IMG/VR virus record: IMGVR_UViG_3300011339_000564
Coordinates: 14,318 to 78,317 of that record
Source: a virus
Taxonomy: Duplodnaviria > Heunggongvirae > Uroviricota > Caudoviricetes
Strand: one strand, 5' to 3'
DNA length: 64,000 bases
The notes under the pieces were generated by a model. That model did not search any database. It saw only the letters and a list, made by a program, of their open reading frames with translations, and was not told the DNA's origin. The translations under genes were made by a program, and so were the position numbers. Below are positions 56,154-64,000 of the stretch, piece after piece (position 1 is the first letter of the stretch; each line of letters starts with the position of its first letter).

Positions 56154-57455
56154 ATGAAAAAATTTATACTCATACTATCTATTGTTCTATCCGGTTGTGG
56201 GGGCGGTGGTGGCACCAGTACTGGCGATAGTTCGCAGGCAGTATCAGTAAAATCAACGTGTACCCTTGCTGTAAATTCAAATACAGTTCCACAATCATAT
56301 TATGGCACTAATTCAATACCCACACCATTATCAAAATTTGATAATACTATTCTAAGAGGTATTGGTCTTAAAGATTATCATCCTAGATTTAATCTGGCAA
56401 ATACAAATTGCACTCAAGATGAACATTCCAGATTACTATATCAAAAAACACTAGACAGATTAAAACTATTAAACGTAGATTATGTTGAAGTATATCAATA
56501 TGGCCCGGTAGTTGATTTTAATGCTACTACTTGGGTAGTAGATAAATCTACATGGCAAATACCAGAAAGTGAATTGATCTGGTTTATTAAAGAGGCTAAT
56601 AGTAGAAACATTAAAGTAAATATTATTTGGCAATTATGGCCAACTGATAGTAAAGGTAATACTATAAATTCAAGTTATGATATGTCAGAAGCGGAAATGT
56701 TAAAAGTATTGCGGGGATGGCATAATATTATTGTAGATTTAGCTAAGTTTGGTGGTAGTAATGGTTTGAATATATTAACCGTACATTGGAATGCATTTCA
56801 TTTTCCAGTAACTAACAAATATAAAGAATCTGCCACCTTAGAATTTTTATCAATCATTAATGATGTGCGACAACATTTTAATGGTAAATTATTTATGGGA
56901 GCATCGCCTGTATTTTTTGATAAGAGAATTGTTGAAAAGGTCGATGGTATTATTATTCCATTAACTCCTAGTAATTGGTCTAGAAATGATGATATTAATA
57001 TATCTGTCAGTTTGTTAAAAAGCCGATATTTAGATAATATATTAGGAAAAGCATTAGAACTTTCTATGGCTACTGGATTAGATTTAAAAAGTATTCCGGT
57101 TATCTGGGATTTTAATATTCAGAGCAGAGATAAAGCATTGAGTGAAGGTTGGGTAGAAGATGGATTTTGTATTAAAGAAGGTGGCGATGGTGCCCCTGTA
57201 AGTTGGGGTAATCCTGAATGTGCCAAACAAATGAATTATATAACCGATTTTAGTATTCAAGCATTAGCTATTGAAGGTGCATTTCAGGCTATTAAAGAAC
57301 AAACATTAATTAAAACATATGGTATTAACTTTAGTACTAGTTATTGGCATACTGATACGTTAGTACCCGGGCAAGAAGGCTTTCCCAACTTGTCGCAATC
57401 TATTCGAGGAAAACCTGCTGAGAATGTAGTCAAACATTGGTTCTCCAAAAATTGA
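56154..57455 (+). CDS. lipoprotein (433 aa), function unknown
   Basis: Signal peptide plus the lipobox LSGC, followed by a poly-Gly linker (CGGGGGTSTGDSS). Confidence 0.6.
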   Translation: MKKFILILSIVLSGCGGGGGTSTGDSSQAVSVKSTCTLAVNSNTVPQSYYGTNSIPTPLSKFDNTILRGIGLKDYHPRFNLANTNCTQDEHSRLLYQKTLDRLKLLNVDYVEVYQYGPVVDFNATTWVVDKSTWQIPESELIWFIKEANSRNIKVNIIWQLWPTDSKGNTINSSYDMSEAEMLKVLRGWHNIIVDLAKFGGSNGLNILTVHWNAFHFPVTNKYKESATLEFLSIINDVRQHFNGKLFMGASPVFFDKRIVEKVDGIIIPLTPSNWSRNDDINISVSLLKSRYLDNILGKALELSMATGLDLKSIPVIWDFNIQSRDKALSEGWVEDGFCIKEGGDGAPVSWGNPECAKQMNYITDFSIQALAIEGAFQAIKEQTLIKTYGINFSTSYWHTDTLVPGQEGFPNLSQSIRGKPAENVVKHWFSKN

Positions 57456-57480
57456 CAATAAATGGGTATTGTGCTATAAT
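57452..57480 (+). promoter_or_regulatory. sigma70 consensus promoter TTGACA-17-TATAAT
   Basis: Exact hexamers. The shared flanks (ttgacaataaat...gggtaTATAAT) recur at 57789 and 58112. Confidence 0.6.
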
Positions 57481-57512
57481 AGAATCTTAAACAGTAAAGA
57501 AAAGGAAACGAA

Positions 57513-57785
57513 ATGTCAGCACTCACAGAATACACATTGGAAATTTACAAAACTGACAAGCGTACCAAAGAAGGTAAGCGTTTGGTTTCAAAGCAAGATT
57601 TTGCACCAGTAACAGTAGACTACATTAATGCCGTTGCAGACGGTAAGCGTAGGTTGGGTTTTGTTGTTGAAGTGTTCGAAACCTTTGTTACCCGCAAAAA
57701 CTTGATGGCAGGTAAGTCATTCCAAGAACGTTATGACACCCCTTACTTTTGTTCACCAAGTTCCGAATCTTACTGGTCAATGTAA
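57513..57785 (+). CDS. hypothetical small protein (90 aa)
   Basis: SD AAAGGAAA; downstream of a consensus promoter. Confidence 0.5.
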   Translation: MSALTEYTLEIYKTDKRTKEGKRLVSKQDFAPVTVDYINAVADGKRRLGFVVEVFETFVTRKNLMAGKSFQERYDTPYFCSPSSESYWSM

Positions 57786-57788
57786 AGG

Positions 57789-57817
57789 TTGACAGTAATT
57801 GGATTTGGGTATATAAT
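57789..57817 (+). promoter_or_regulatory. sigma70 consensus promoter TTGACA-17-TATAAT
   Basis: Exact hexamers. Confidence 0.6.
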
Positions 57818-57848
57818 ACTTGTATTGACTTGATTAAAGGACTACAAA

Positions 57849-58115
57849 ATGGCTAAGAAAATCTCTATCAAAGTGTTTGCAGACCCCGGACATGCTTGGG
57901 CACGTTTTCCCAAAGCAAAATTGGTCAGTCTCGGTATTGCTGACAAAATTAGTACTTATAGTTACATGAATGGTTCCAATGCATTCTTGGAAGAGGACTG
58001 TGATTTGTCTGTATTGCTGGTTGCTCTCCGTAATCGTGGCTATGAGATTAAATTTAACGAAAGTCACACAAACCGTCAAAGCAAAATCCGCAATTATTTT
58101 ACCTACAAGGCTTGA
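57849..58115 (+). CDS. hypothetical small protein (88 aa)
   Basis: SD AAAGGA; downstream of a consensus promoter. Confidence 0.5.
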   Translation: MAKKISIKVFADPGHAWARFPKAKLVSLGIADKISTYSYMNGSNAFLEEDCDLSVLLVALRNRGYEIKFNESHTNRQSKIRNYFTYKA

Positions 58116-58140
58116 CAATAAATCACTTTGGGTATATAAT
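58112..58140 (+). promoter_or_regulatory. sigma70 consensus promoter TTGACA-17-TATAAT
   Basis: Exact hexamers overlapping the end of the previous ORF. Confidence 0.6.
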
Positions 58141-58174
58141 AGAGTCTTATTCAGTCAAACAACAGGAGTTAAAA

Positions 58175-58378
58175 ATGGGTCTCGAAAAAGACGTTCTCGC
58201 TAAGGTTGCTAGTGTTATCGGTGATGACAAATCTGCCGCGTTTGAATATGGTACTTTGTTTGTTATGTGTGAAGAAAGTCAGGCCCGTTCAGTGTTTCAC
58301 AAACTGAGCAAAGACTACGGTTTTGGTAAAGTACGTGTTTCTAAAACCCCCTTTGAATATGCTTTTGATTTTGTTTAA
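58175..58378 (+). CDS. hypothetical small protein (67 aa from the ATG at 58175)
   Basis: SD ACAGGAG before the ATG at 58175. The track start 58112 lies inside the promoter. Confidence 0.45.
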   Translation: MGLEKDVLAKVASVIGDDKSAAFEYGTLFVMCEESQARSVFHKLSKDYGFGKVRVSKTPFEYAFDFV

Positions 58379-58387
58379 GGAGTAATC

Positions 58388-59041
58388 ATGGCTCGCTATC
58401 AAAAACCCGTTCTCAATATCCCTGCTGAAAACGTCTGGGGTGCGGCATGTCAGGCACAACGCATTAACGGTGCCTATGTTAAACTGAGTGTGTTGACAGA
58501 GGCTGACAAGACAGAGAACAAATTGTCCAATCGTCAACTGGTCGAAAGTTTCATGGTTGACCCTAGCTTGATTACCGAAGAAGATATGGAGCAAGGTAAA
58601 AAAGTTCGTGCATTTTATCAGGCATTCACTTTCAAAATCTTGCAAGGCAAACGATTGAATGAATTTGACAACACCGCAATGTTGCTTGCCAATCGTGATG
58701 TTATTACTGGTAGTTATGATGTTGCGGTTATTGCTAGTTTGCCAAGTTGCTATGAGCGTGGTATGAAACGTCAAACAGCAGACCAACGTGTTAATTTTGC
58801 TAGCGGTGGATTTGTGGGTTCAGTTGGTGATAAAGTTTCAACTACTATTGAAGTATTGAAATCTGTATTCTCAATGAAATGGGGCACACACTATGTTACC
58901 GGCATCACTAGTGATGACCAAGTAGTGTTCTTTGCTTACAAAAGTGAATTACCAATTGGTAAGATATATGATATTTATGGTACTGTTAAAGCACACCGAG
59001 ATAACACTACCCAACTTAATCGTGTAAAGGTTATTGTATGA
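58388..59041 (+). CDS. hypothetical protein (217 aa)
   Basis: SD AAGGAG lies upstream. Confidence 0.5.
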   Translation: MARYQKPVLNIPAENVWGAACQAQRINGAYVKLSVLTEADKTENKLSNRQLVESFMVDPSLITEEDMEQGKKVRAFYQAFTFKILQGKRLNEFDNTAMLLANRDVITGSYDVAVIASLPSCYERGMKRQTADQRVNFASGGFVGSVGDKVSTTIEVLKSVFSMKWGTHYVTGITSDDQVVFFAYKSELPIGKIYDIYGTVKAHRDNTTQLNRVKVIV

Positions 59042-59325
59042 ACGAACGAATTCGACAACTGGCTCTACAGGCTGATGAATATGCTGAACAAACTGTTCAT
59101 TATTATATGGGTCAGTTTGATGGATTGACTTGGGAAGGCAAAATCAAACAAACAAGAGATACAAAGTTCGCCGAGTTGATTGTTAGGGAATGTATTGACA
59201 AGATTACAACTTATGATTTGGTTCCAGGTCATTCAGCCAAATGGGAAGATATCTACGATATCCATACTAGGCTGCTACAAGACTTAGGTGAAGAATTGAA
59301 AGAACATTTCGGAGTTGAAGAATGA
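59038..59325 (+). CDS. small 'FAELIVREC' family paralog
   Basis: MNERIRQLALQ...KFAELIVRECIDK...KEHFGVEE. Confidence 0.5.
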   Translation: MNERIRQLALQADEYAEQTVHYYMGQFDGLTWEGKIKQTRDTKFAELIVRECIDKITTYDLVPGHSAKWEDIYDIHTRLLQDLGEELKEHFGVEE

Positions 59326-59549
59326 ATACAGAATTGATTCAGAAATTGAAGTCACAATGTATCTTCCGTGAAATGCGTGGTACTACTGCGTTTAACAGTT
59401 ATATGGTAGATCGGTTTGATAGTGAAAAGTTTGCAGAACTGATTGTACGAGAGTGTGACCGTTATGCCCGTAGTGTATGGGAACATGGTCCATTGTTAGG
59501 TAAGGATTTGTTAATACATTTTGGAATTGAGGAGATGAGTGATGAGTAA
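59322..59549 (+). CDS. small 'FAELIVREC' family paralog
   Basis: KFAELIVRECDRY...IHFGIEE. Confidence 0.5.
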   Translation: MNTELIQKLKSQCIFREMRGTTAFNSYMVDRFDSEKFAELIVRECDRYARSVWEHGPLLGKDLLIHFGIEEMSDE

Positions 59550-59670
59550 ATTAATTATTGGTTTTATTCTTGGTATTGTTGTATCAACGGTTGGCTTTAG
59601 TGGCATCGCTAGAATGGCTGATAAAGGCGTAGACAAGGTTAAAGAAGTAACCATCGAACAAGCAAAGTGA
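59542..59670 (+). CDS. tiny single-TM peptide (42 aa); speculative
   Basis: GGAG lies 8 nt upstream. Hydrophobic LIIGFILGIVVSTVGF. Confidence 0.3.
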   Translation: MSKLIIGFILGIVVSTVGFSGIARMADKGVDKVKEVTIEQAK

Positions 59671-59699
59671 AATTTAAACGTAAACAGGTGGAGGATAAA

Positions 59700-60122
59700 A
59701 TGGGACTAGATATGTATGCTTATGTTGCCAGCAGAAAAGGTCAGTATGATGAATTCCATGAAAAGGCTGAATGGGATGAGACTATAAAAGATTTTACCTC
59801 TCCTATCAGTAAGCCATTGGAGATTGCTTATTGGCGTAAGCATCCTAACTTGCATGGTTGGATGGAACAACTATGGGAACGCAAAGGCAAACCCGGTGCA
59901 GGCCCTAAAGAAATATTCAATGGCATTGAATTGGAACTGACATGGGATGATTTGGATGAGCTTGAACGAGCTATTCTCCGTGGTCAACTCCCGGATACTC
60001 AAGGTTTCTTTTTTGGTAAACCAGCAGATAATCGTTATTATGAACAAGACCTAGAGTTTGTAGACAACGCTAAGGCGGAAGTGTTTTTGGGATTGAAAGT
60101 ATTTTACAACAGTAGTTGGTAA
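59700..60122 (+). CDS. hypothetical protein (140 aa from the ATG at 59700)
   Basis: GGAGG SD before 59700. Confidence 0.45.
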   Translation: MGLDMYAYVASRKGQYDEFHEKAEWDETIKDFTSPISKPLEIAYWRKHPNLHGWMEQLWERKGKPGAGPKEIFNGIELELTWDDLDELERAILRGQLPDTQGFFFGKPADNRYYEQDLEFVDNAKAEVFLGLKVFYNSSW

Positions 60123-60225
60123 TGTATATTACAAATAAATATCATTCAATTAAGTTGCCATATAGTGAAGATTTATTAGAATGGCTGATTGAAACATATC
60201 CTAAATCAGAATATAGAGTAGTAAA

Positions 60226-60564
60226 ATGAACGAAAATATTAAAGCAGGTGGAGACATTCACGCAGGTGATGGTGGTTACTCTATTGGCACCAAAGAAAAA
60301 TATGATGAATTTGTGAAGAATAGGAATCGTATGAACGACCGAATTCGACAACTTATAGAGCAAGCTACGGATACTATAGAAATTGTTAATCCAGATACTG
60401 GAATCACTCATTATCGTGAGTTTTTTGATAAGGAAAAATTTGCCGAGTTGATTGTGTGGGAATGTATGGAACAGGTTTGGTATAGTCGTGAAGATAGTAT
60501 CAACGGCAATGTTTCCGAAGTTATCAAAGACAGGATTAAGAAACATTTCGGAGTTGAAGAATGA
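60226..60564 (+). CDS. small 'FAELIVREC' family paralog. The true start may be the internal MNDRIRQL at 60331.
   Basis: MNDRIRQLIEQ...KFAELIVWECMEQ...KKHFGVEE. Confidence 0.45.
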   Translation: MNENIKAGGDIHAGDGGYSIGTKEKYDEFVKNRNRMNDRIRQLIEQATDTIEIVNPDTGITHYREFFDKEKFAELIVWECMEQVWYSREDSINGNVSEVIKDRIKKHFGVEE

Positions 60565-60956
60565 ACTTAACAAAATACAGTAAAAACAAAATGTTGCAAA
60601 CATTTGCACGTTGGGAAGTTCCCAAAGAGTTTGTTGAACCTTTCTATAACTATCTAGTCTGGGGATTTAGGCCAGGTAGTTGTTTTGAAGCAATACTGGC
60701 TAATGATTTTGCCAAGGCAATCTCACGTAGTCATCCTAGTAATACTATAGAAGCGTACAAAGCCTTGGTAGGTTGGATTGACAGCACAGTACCGAAAGTA
60801 GCACGTGGCAGTCATAAACAGATTCTGCTTTGGTCTAGTATTGATGAAGAACAACGTAGAAGTATTTTAGAAGAACATCGCTTGATCTTCACCAGCAAGG
60901 AAGAAGTTATGTTGATTCTAAAAGATGAACGTATAGTTGAACCACACTTATATTAA
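60561..60956 (+). CDS. hypothetical protein (131 aa)
   Basis: ORF with ATGA coupling. Confidence 0.45.
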   Translation: MNLTKYSKNKMLQTFARWEVPKEFVEPFYNYLVWGFRPGSCFEAILANDFAKAISRSHPSNTIEAYKALVGWIDSTVPKVARGSHKQILLWSSIDEEQRRSILEEHRLIFTSKEEVMLILKDERIVEPHLY

Positions 60957-60996
60957 GGTAACATAATCACTAACTAAATATGCTACTAGGTGTAGT

Positions 60997-61230
60997 ATGT
61001 TCCACAAATTGTTTAAAGATGTAATTATAATAATATTATCAATATTAGCAATATACTTTTGGTTGGGAAATGAAACAGAATATTATGAATATGATAACTC
61101 CGATGATGTTACCATTGAATATAAATGTAGTGTAATTAAAGAATACCAACATGTTCCAGCCGAAGTTCTTAAGGAATGTAGGAAACGGAAAAACGTACCC
61201 GAAGATATTGACGATAAAACAGCAGTGTGA
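60997..61230 (+). CDS. small membrane protein (77 aa)
   Basis: N-terminal TM helix IIIILSILAIYFWL. Confidence 0.4.
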   Translation: MFHKLFKDVIIIILSILAIYFWLGNETEYYEYDNSDDVTIEYKCSVIKEYQHVPAEVLKECRKRKNVPEDIDDKTAV

Positions 61231-61265
61231 TATAATATAACATATTATTAACTTAAGGAATTTTC

Positions 61266-62603
61266 ATGTCAGCATCGTGGATTCGTAAACTAAATGAATC
61301 AGACAGCCGCCTTCACAAGGAAGACGTAATCAAACAAGCATTAGAGGCAAGTGTCCTTGGTAGCACAAATGCTATTAATTTCCTCTCATTCACTAAAGCC
61401 TGTTATAACCCGTATGTAACATTTGGTGTTCGTCAAATACCAGAACTGGTAGGGATCACTAACGCAGAAAATCCCTGGGAAGAATTTAATGAGTTGATGT
61501 TACAACTTAGTCAACGTAGATTGACTGGTCATGCCGCACGTGATGCTATTCAAAGTATGGCTGAACGTTTTGATAGTGACGAATGGAATACATTCTTAGC
61601 ACCTGTATTGCGTAGAGACTTACGTGCAGGCATTAGCGACAAAACAATCAATAAAATTTGTAAGAAAACAGATTATGAAATTCCAATCTTTGGTTGTCAA
61701 TTAGCGACCAACAGTGAAGGTCGTCCTGAGATGAAAGGCATCAAACGTCTTGAACCTAAGTTAGACGGTGTTCGCATGTTGATGATGGTCATCCCAAGCG
61801 ATTTTGGTGATGTGACTATTATCTGTTTTAGTCGCAATGGCAAACAGTTTGATAACTTCATTGACATTGAAAAACAAGTGCGTGATAATTGGGTCAAGAT
61901 GGTTCGCAAGGCCGCAACGTCAAACTTGAGTATGGGATTTGTACTTGATGGTGAAGTGATTGGTAATAGTTTCCAAGAACTAATGCGACAAGCCCGCCGC
62001 AAGACTGATGTACGAGCAGAAGATAGTGTCTATAATGTGTTTGACATTTTACCTCTAGATGCTTTCCGTGAAGGTCATTGGAATGCTCAACTTGAAAAGC
62101 GCATCAAAATCTTAGATGACATGCGCCCGATCATTGATACTATGCCTAATGTCGAATTGCTTCCGCACATCATGGTTGACCTTGATACGGCCGCAGGTAA
62201 GGATCAACTTGAACGCTATGCCAAAGATAATGTGAACGCAGGGTTTGAGGGCATTATGATTAAAGAATTAGAAGCACCATATATCTGTAAGCGTAGTACA
62301 GATTGGATGAAATGGAAACCTACGATTACAGTAGACTTGGAGGTAGTAGGTGTTGAAGAAGGAACTGGTAGAAATTTGGGAAGACTTGGAGCACTTGTTT
62401 GTCATGGAGTTGACGACGGGAAAGAAATTACAGTCAATGTGGGTAGTGGCTTTAGTGATACTGATAGAGATGACTATTGGACTAACCGTAATTTGGTCAT
62501 TGGTCGTACTGCTGAAGTCCTGTGTGATGTGATTACACAGAACCAAGATGGAACATACAGTTTACGTTTTCCTCGATTTGTTAGATTTAGGGATGACAAA
62601 TGA
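61266..62603 (+). CDS. ATP-dependent DNA ligase
   Basis: Motif I EPKLDGVRML (KxDGxR). Adenylation-domain-like downstream blocks. Confidence 0.85.
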   Translation: MSASWIRKLNESDSRLHKEDVIKQALEASVLGSTNAINFLSFTKACYNPYVTFGVRQIPELVGITNAENPWEEFNELMLQLSQRRLTGHAARDAIQSMAERFDSDEWNTFLAPVLRRDLRAGISDKTINKICKKTDYEIPIFGCQLATNSEGRPEMKGIKRLEPKLDGVRMLMMVIPSDFGDVTIICFSRNGKQFDNFIDIEKQVRDNWVKMVRKAATSNLSMGFVLDGEVIGNSFQELMRQARRKTDVRAEDSVYNVFDILPLDAFREGHWNAQLEKRIKILDDMRPIIDTMPNVELLPHIMVDLDTAAGKDQLERYAKDNVNAGFEGIMIKELEAPYICKRSTDWMKWKPTITVDLEVVGVEEGTGRNLGRLGALVCHGVDDGKEITVNVGSGFSDTDRDDYWTNRNLVIGRTAEVLCDVITQNQDGTYSLRFPRFVRFRDDK

Positions 62604-62776
62604 TTAAAGTAGTATTTGCATTCATTGTTATTTTTGCACTATTCTTTTTGGGCATCAAAACTATCAGAAATATGTCCGGTAAAGATGCATTGGCATTGAC
62701 AAAAATAGTAGGTTATAGTATACTATGTTCACTACTGACGATTGCGATATTAATTTCAATCGTTGTTATTTTTTAA
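62600..62776 (+). CDS. small two-TM membrane peptide (58 aa); speculative
   Basis: ATGA overlap with the ligase stop; hydrophobic. Confidence 0.3.
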   Translation: MIKVVFAFIVIFALFFLGIKTIRNMSGKDALALTKIVGYSILCSLLTIAILISIVVIF

Positions 62777-62874
62777 GGACTATAATATGTTTCCTGACTT
62801 TCTTATTAGACCTTTGTATTTTATACTTGGGTTTGTTTTTTGTTTTTTTCTTTTTGTAAAAGGTATTATCTAAA

Positions 62875-63672
62875 ATGATTCGCTCTATTAAAATTGGTTT
62901 TGTTCTCACCGCAGTTGCACTGGTTAGTGCATGTACTCGCATTGAGACTGGTGAGGTTGGTGTACGTGTTGGTTTTGATAAACAAGTGCAAAGTGGTGAA
63001 CTCTTACCCGGCTCATTTAATCAAACCTTTATTGGTGACGTTCTTACATTTCCAATCAAAGACGTTAATGTTAAACTGGATGATATGACTCCAGTTGCTA
63101 AAGATAACAGCACCATGAAAGACTTTGATGCTGTGGTTATCTATAACATCAATCAAGCACAGGTTGCTGAATTGTACTCAACTAAGAGTCAAGCATTCCA
63201 CGCTCGGCATAACGGTGATATTTACTTGATGTACAACTATATTGTTCAAGCTACACGTAATGCTATCTACAAAGAAGCACGTAAGTATGAAGCACTGGAT
63301 ATGGCAGACAATCGCCAGGCTATGGAACAGGCAATTAAAGAACAAGTTCAAAAGTCACTAGCTGATGAAAAACTTGACGGTAGTTTAATTATTGGACAGG
63401 TATTGATTCGAAATATTGTACCTGCAGATTCAGTTGTTGCTAGTGCAAATGAGTTGGTTCGTGCTAAGAATGAATTGAAACAAAAAGAAGTTGAAGTTAA
63501 GACAGCAAAGATGGAAGCTGAACGTATGCAAGCATTGAGTAATCAAGGTGCTCAAAGTATTGCTTACATGCAAGCGCAGGCCATGATGAATATTTCTGAA
63601 GGTATTAAGAACGGCAAGGTGCAGACTATTGTTGTTCCAAGTAACTTCAATGCATTGATGATGAGCAGGTAA
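62875..63672 (+). CDS. SPFH/Band-7 (prohibitin/HflKC-like) domain lipoprotein
   Basis: Signal peptide with the lipobox LVSAC. GEVGVRVGF...DAVVIYNINQAQVAELY is typical of SPFH domains. Confidence 0.65.
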   Translation: MIRSIKIGFVLTAVALVSACTRIETGEVGVRVGFDKQVQSGELLPGSFNQTFIGDVLTFPIKDVNVKLDDMTPVAKDNSTMKDFDAVVIYNINQAQVAELYSTKSQAFHARHNGDIYLMYNYIVQATRNAIYKEARKYEALDMADNRQAMEQAIKEQVQKSLADEKLDGSLIIGQVLIRNIVPADSVVASANELVRAKNELKQKEVEVKTAKMEAERMQALSNQGAQSIAYMQAQAMMNISEGIKNGKVQTIVVPSNFNALMMSR

Positions 63673-63679
63673 TAAAAAT

Positions 63680-63697
63680 AGGGGAGATTCTCTCCCT
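63680..63697 (+). terminator. hairpin (AGGGGAGA ttc TCTCCCTT) followed by a T-rich tract
   Basis: Inverted repeat immediately after the stop at 63672. Confidence 0.5.
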
Positions 63698-63726
63698 TAT
63701 TCCTTAATTTTTGAAAGGACCATATT

Positions 63727-64000
63727 ATGGTAACAATCGTTAAACATGAATGGCATCAACATGATAGACAATATGCTATTGAACTTGATGAAGCACTATT
63801 GAGTGAGATTTATCCCGACAAGGAAGAAGATGAGATTAAAGTAATACTAGATGGTATTGCTGATGGCACATATGATTATGAAGATGTTATTAATGATGCC
63901 TATGAGAATGACGTAGAGATTGAATGGGAGTTTCAATATGATGATTGTTGGACTGACCGCAAAGGTGGTTACGATGTTACATACGAACTAGGTGATGAGG
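63727..64000 (+). CDS. acidic 'WEF' family paralog 3 (3'-partial at the window edge)
   Basis: VEIEWEFQYDDCWTD; SD AAAGGA lies upstream. Confidence 0.45.
   Translation, partial: MVTIVKHEWHQHDRQYAIELDEALLSEIYPDKEEDEIKVILDGIADGTYDYEDVINDAYENDVEIEWEFQYDDCWTDRKGGYDVTYELGDE

Noticed and set aside
1-64000. CRISPR arrays, rRNA/tRNA genes, integrase/transposase
   Set aside because: No spaced direct repeats, no rRNA-like segments, no convincing cloverleaf candidates, and no integrase or transposase motifs were seen in this window.

Overview
The window reads as a contiguous stretch of a large, AT-rich (roughly 38% GC) dsDNA bacteriophage genome, with no sign of bacterial chromosome. Almost all genes lie on the + strand, tightly packed and often overlapping at ATGA or ATG-TGA junctions. 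Exceptions are a lone minus-strand SAM methyltransferase (15979-16707), a five-gene inverted module (41300-45644) and one short minus-strand ORF (53330-53818).

Core functions recognisable from motifs:
- family-B DNA polymerase;
- ATP-dependent DNA ligase (KxDGxR);
- FEN/RNase H-type 5'-3' exonuclease;
- UV-damage endonuclease UvdE;
- a ClpA-like double-AAA+ unfoldase next to a J-domain protein.

The most notable content is a 7-deazaguanine DNA-modification set. It comprises a TGT-like DpdA transglycosylase (25382-26935) and FolE, QueD and a QueE-like radical SAM enzyme (33145-38512), with no QueC. A class-II-aldolase-like gene, an SGNH-like hydrolase and unknown genes sit between QueD and QueE. 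This suggests a 7-carboxy-deazaguanine-type or novel deazapurine in the phage DNA.

Other unusual cargo:
- Dps and Fe/Mn superoxide dismutase;
- a catalytic-domain-only TilS-like PP-loop ATPase;
- a Pol-beta-type nucleotidyltransferase;
- a radical SAM enzyme with an N-terminal Cys-rich extension;
- a secreted thermonuclease, a TctC/Bug-type periplasmic binding protein, an SPFH lipoprotein and other lipoproteins;
- a set of sugar-nucleotide and glycosyltransferase genes;
- a 1283-aa Gly/Ala-rich giant protein.

Four different proteins on both strands carry the peptide motif [EQ][EQ]GVAEG. It is encoded by a near-identical 16-18-nt DNA word (aaggtgtggcggaagg), which suggests a prohead-protease processing site with an added nucleic-acid-level constraint.

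At least eight near-consensus sigma70-type promoters (TTGACA-17-TATAAT) are visible, several placed so that the downstream ORF would be leaderless. There are also a 7-member family of small 'MNERI...FAELIVREC...HFGVEE' proteins and a 3-member acidic 'WEF' family. No rRNA, tRNA or CRISPR array could be supported.
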